The position numbers and the translations under genes are program-made. A DNA stretch of 64,000 nt from contig MU057357.1 in assembly GCA_013239625.1 (NCBI GenBank), forward strand, positions 248,001-312,000, written 5' to 3'. The DNA is from Lama guanicoe. Lineage: Eukaryota. Every line of letters starts with the position of its first letter. Positions within the stretch are counted from its first letter, which is position 1. Below the pieces are notes generated by a model. The model made no database searches. It had not been told where the DNA came from and saw nothing but the letters and a program-made list of their open reading frames with translations. Positions 62,745 to 64,000 of the stretch are shown here, in pieces.

Positions 62745-64000
62745 CTTTAAAAAACACGTTACACATGCTGCAATGCAAACAAAACCTCCAACTTGTTCCA
62801 AAATACTAATTTAAATGTTTATATATATGTACAAAGCCTCAAATACAGAAAGAAGTCCTAAAGAATAATAGTTTATAAAATGGCCAAACAATGTTCTTAA
62901 CTGTTGACTATTATCACACACAGTCTCTAATTATAGATATTTGTGTATATTTGATGATGAGTCTTTTGAGATCAGGTCATTTTTATCTCTGTATTGCTCT
63001 GAGGTGCCTGGCATCAAGACTAACTTTACTTGCCAATAATTCTCAACACAGTTTGGATTGCAGTGCCCTCGGTCTTGCTGTGGTCGCATTCTGAAACCCA
63101 GGCTTGGTCAATAAAAGTTTCAAATTAATAGAATTATTAAAAAGAATTTTGTTTTTTACCACTTTGAAAAACACTTTTTGGGGAAAGTCAAACGATTAAT
63201 AGTGTTTTAAAGCGCACTTATGACAATACTAAATCATAAGTGATTATGCAATTAATAGGATAATTAATATCATTACCATTCTATTCGAATTTTTAAAGAC
63301 AAATCTCCAGTCTTTACAGTTGTATTATAGTAGATCTGGGCACATGTCAATAAGTTGGGAAATCACATTTAGAATTTTTTCTTACTTGAACAAAGTCAGC
63401 AATCCTAAAAACATAAGATTTGGATATCTAAGTATTTTCTAGAAGGGTGTTTTTAAAACTTTTGCAGAAGGTGGATTCTGATCCAGGCATATTAAATTGA
63501 CACATGTAAGCTTATGTGCAGATTAAAATACTTAAGAGGCCTCTTTTCAGGACGCAGATATGAGCTGTGAGTTGTATTCAAGAAAGGGATAGTTACAAAA
63601 TGGCTTTTCCAAAAAAGGATACTAAGTTCCTCTTTTATTGATATGAAGGTAATATTTTTCCAACCATGTACTTCTGTGCCATTCTTATAAGTAGGCTATT
63701 AACTAAGAATACAATATTGGCCTTTCTGAAAATAGAATTGGTGTCCCCTTAGGTCTATCTGTCCTCAAGTTAAAAAATTTGAGTACATCAGCCCAATTAA
63801 GAGAGAGGAAGAATGGTCTATTCCAACAATGTTTGATTTTTTTTGTCTTCTTCCAAAAGAACGTTTTGCCTCTGACTTTTAGTCTACTCTGCACAACACA
63901 AGCTGAAAGATCTAGATTACTCTTGTAGTCACAAATTCCAACAAGGCTCCTTCCTCTGTGTGTATATATGAAGAACAGCTCTTCTTCAGTGAAGGAGAAG

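Overview
Mammalian genomic DNA, most likely from a camelid (four copies of a Vic-1-like tRNA-derived SINE). It is syntenic with human 2q36.3. From left to right it holds a decayed SCYGR/KRTAP28-type Cys/Gly keratin-associated gene (+, ~8.5 kb), a complete 4-exon TM4SF20 (+, 14252-22843, 231 aa), MFF (-, CpG-island promoter ~52.5 kb, 3' end ~27.1 kb) and the last five NC1-domain exons plus 3' UTR of COL4A3 (-, from 62744). The rest is SINE/LINE/LTR/DNA-transposon debris. Four ~140-150 nt N-runs all fall inside MFF. The most notable signals are in MFF: (1) tiny phase-2 cassette exons, namely a 33-nt microexon, a candidate 45-nt polybasic exon and a candidate 17-nt poison microexon; (2) a 112-nt 5'UTR exon carrying three consecutive 6-codon uORFs. 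The SCYGR remnant may also still encode a 40-aa Cys/His micropeptide. Gene identities and human comparisons come from recognising the translations from memory; no searches were run. Repeat boundaries are approximate.
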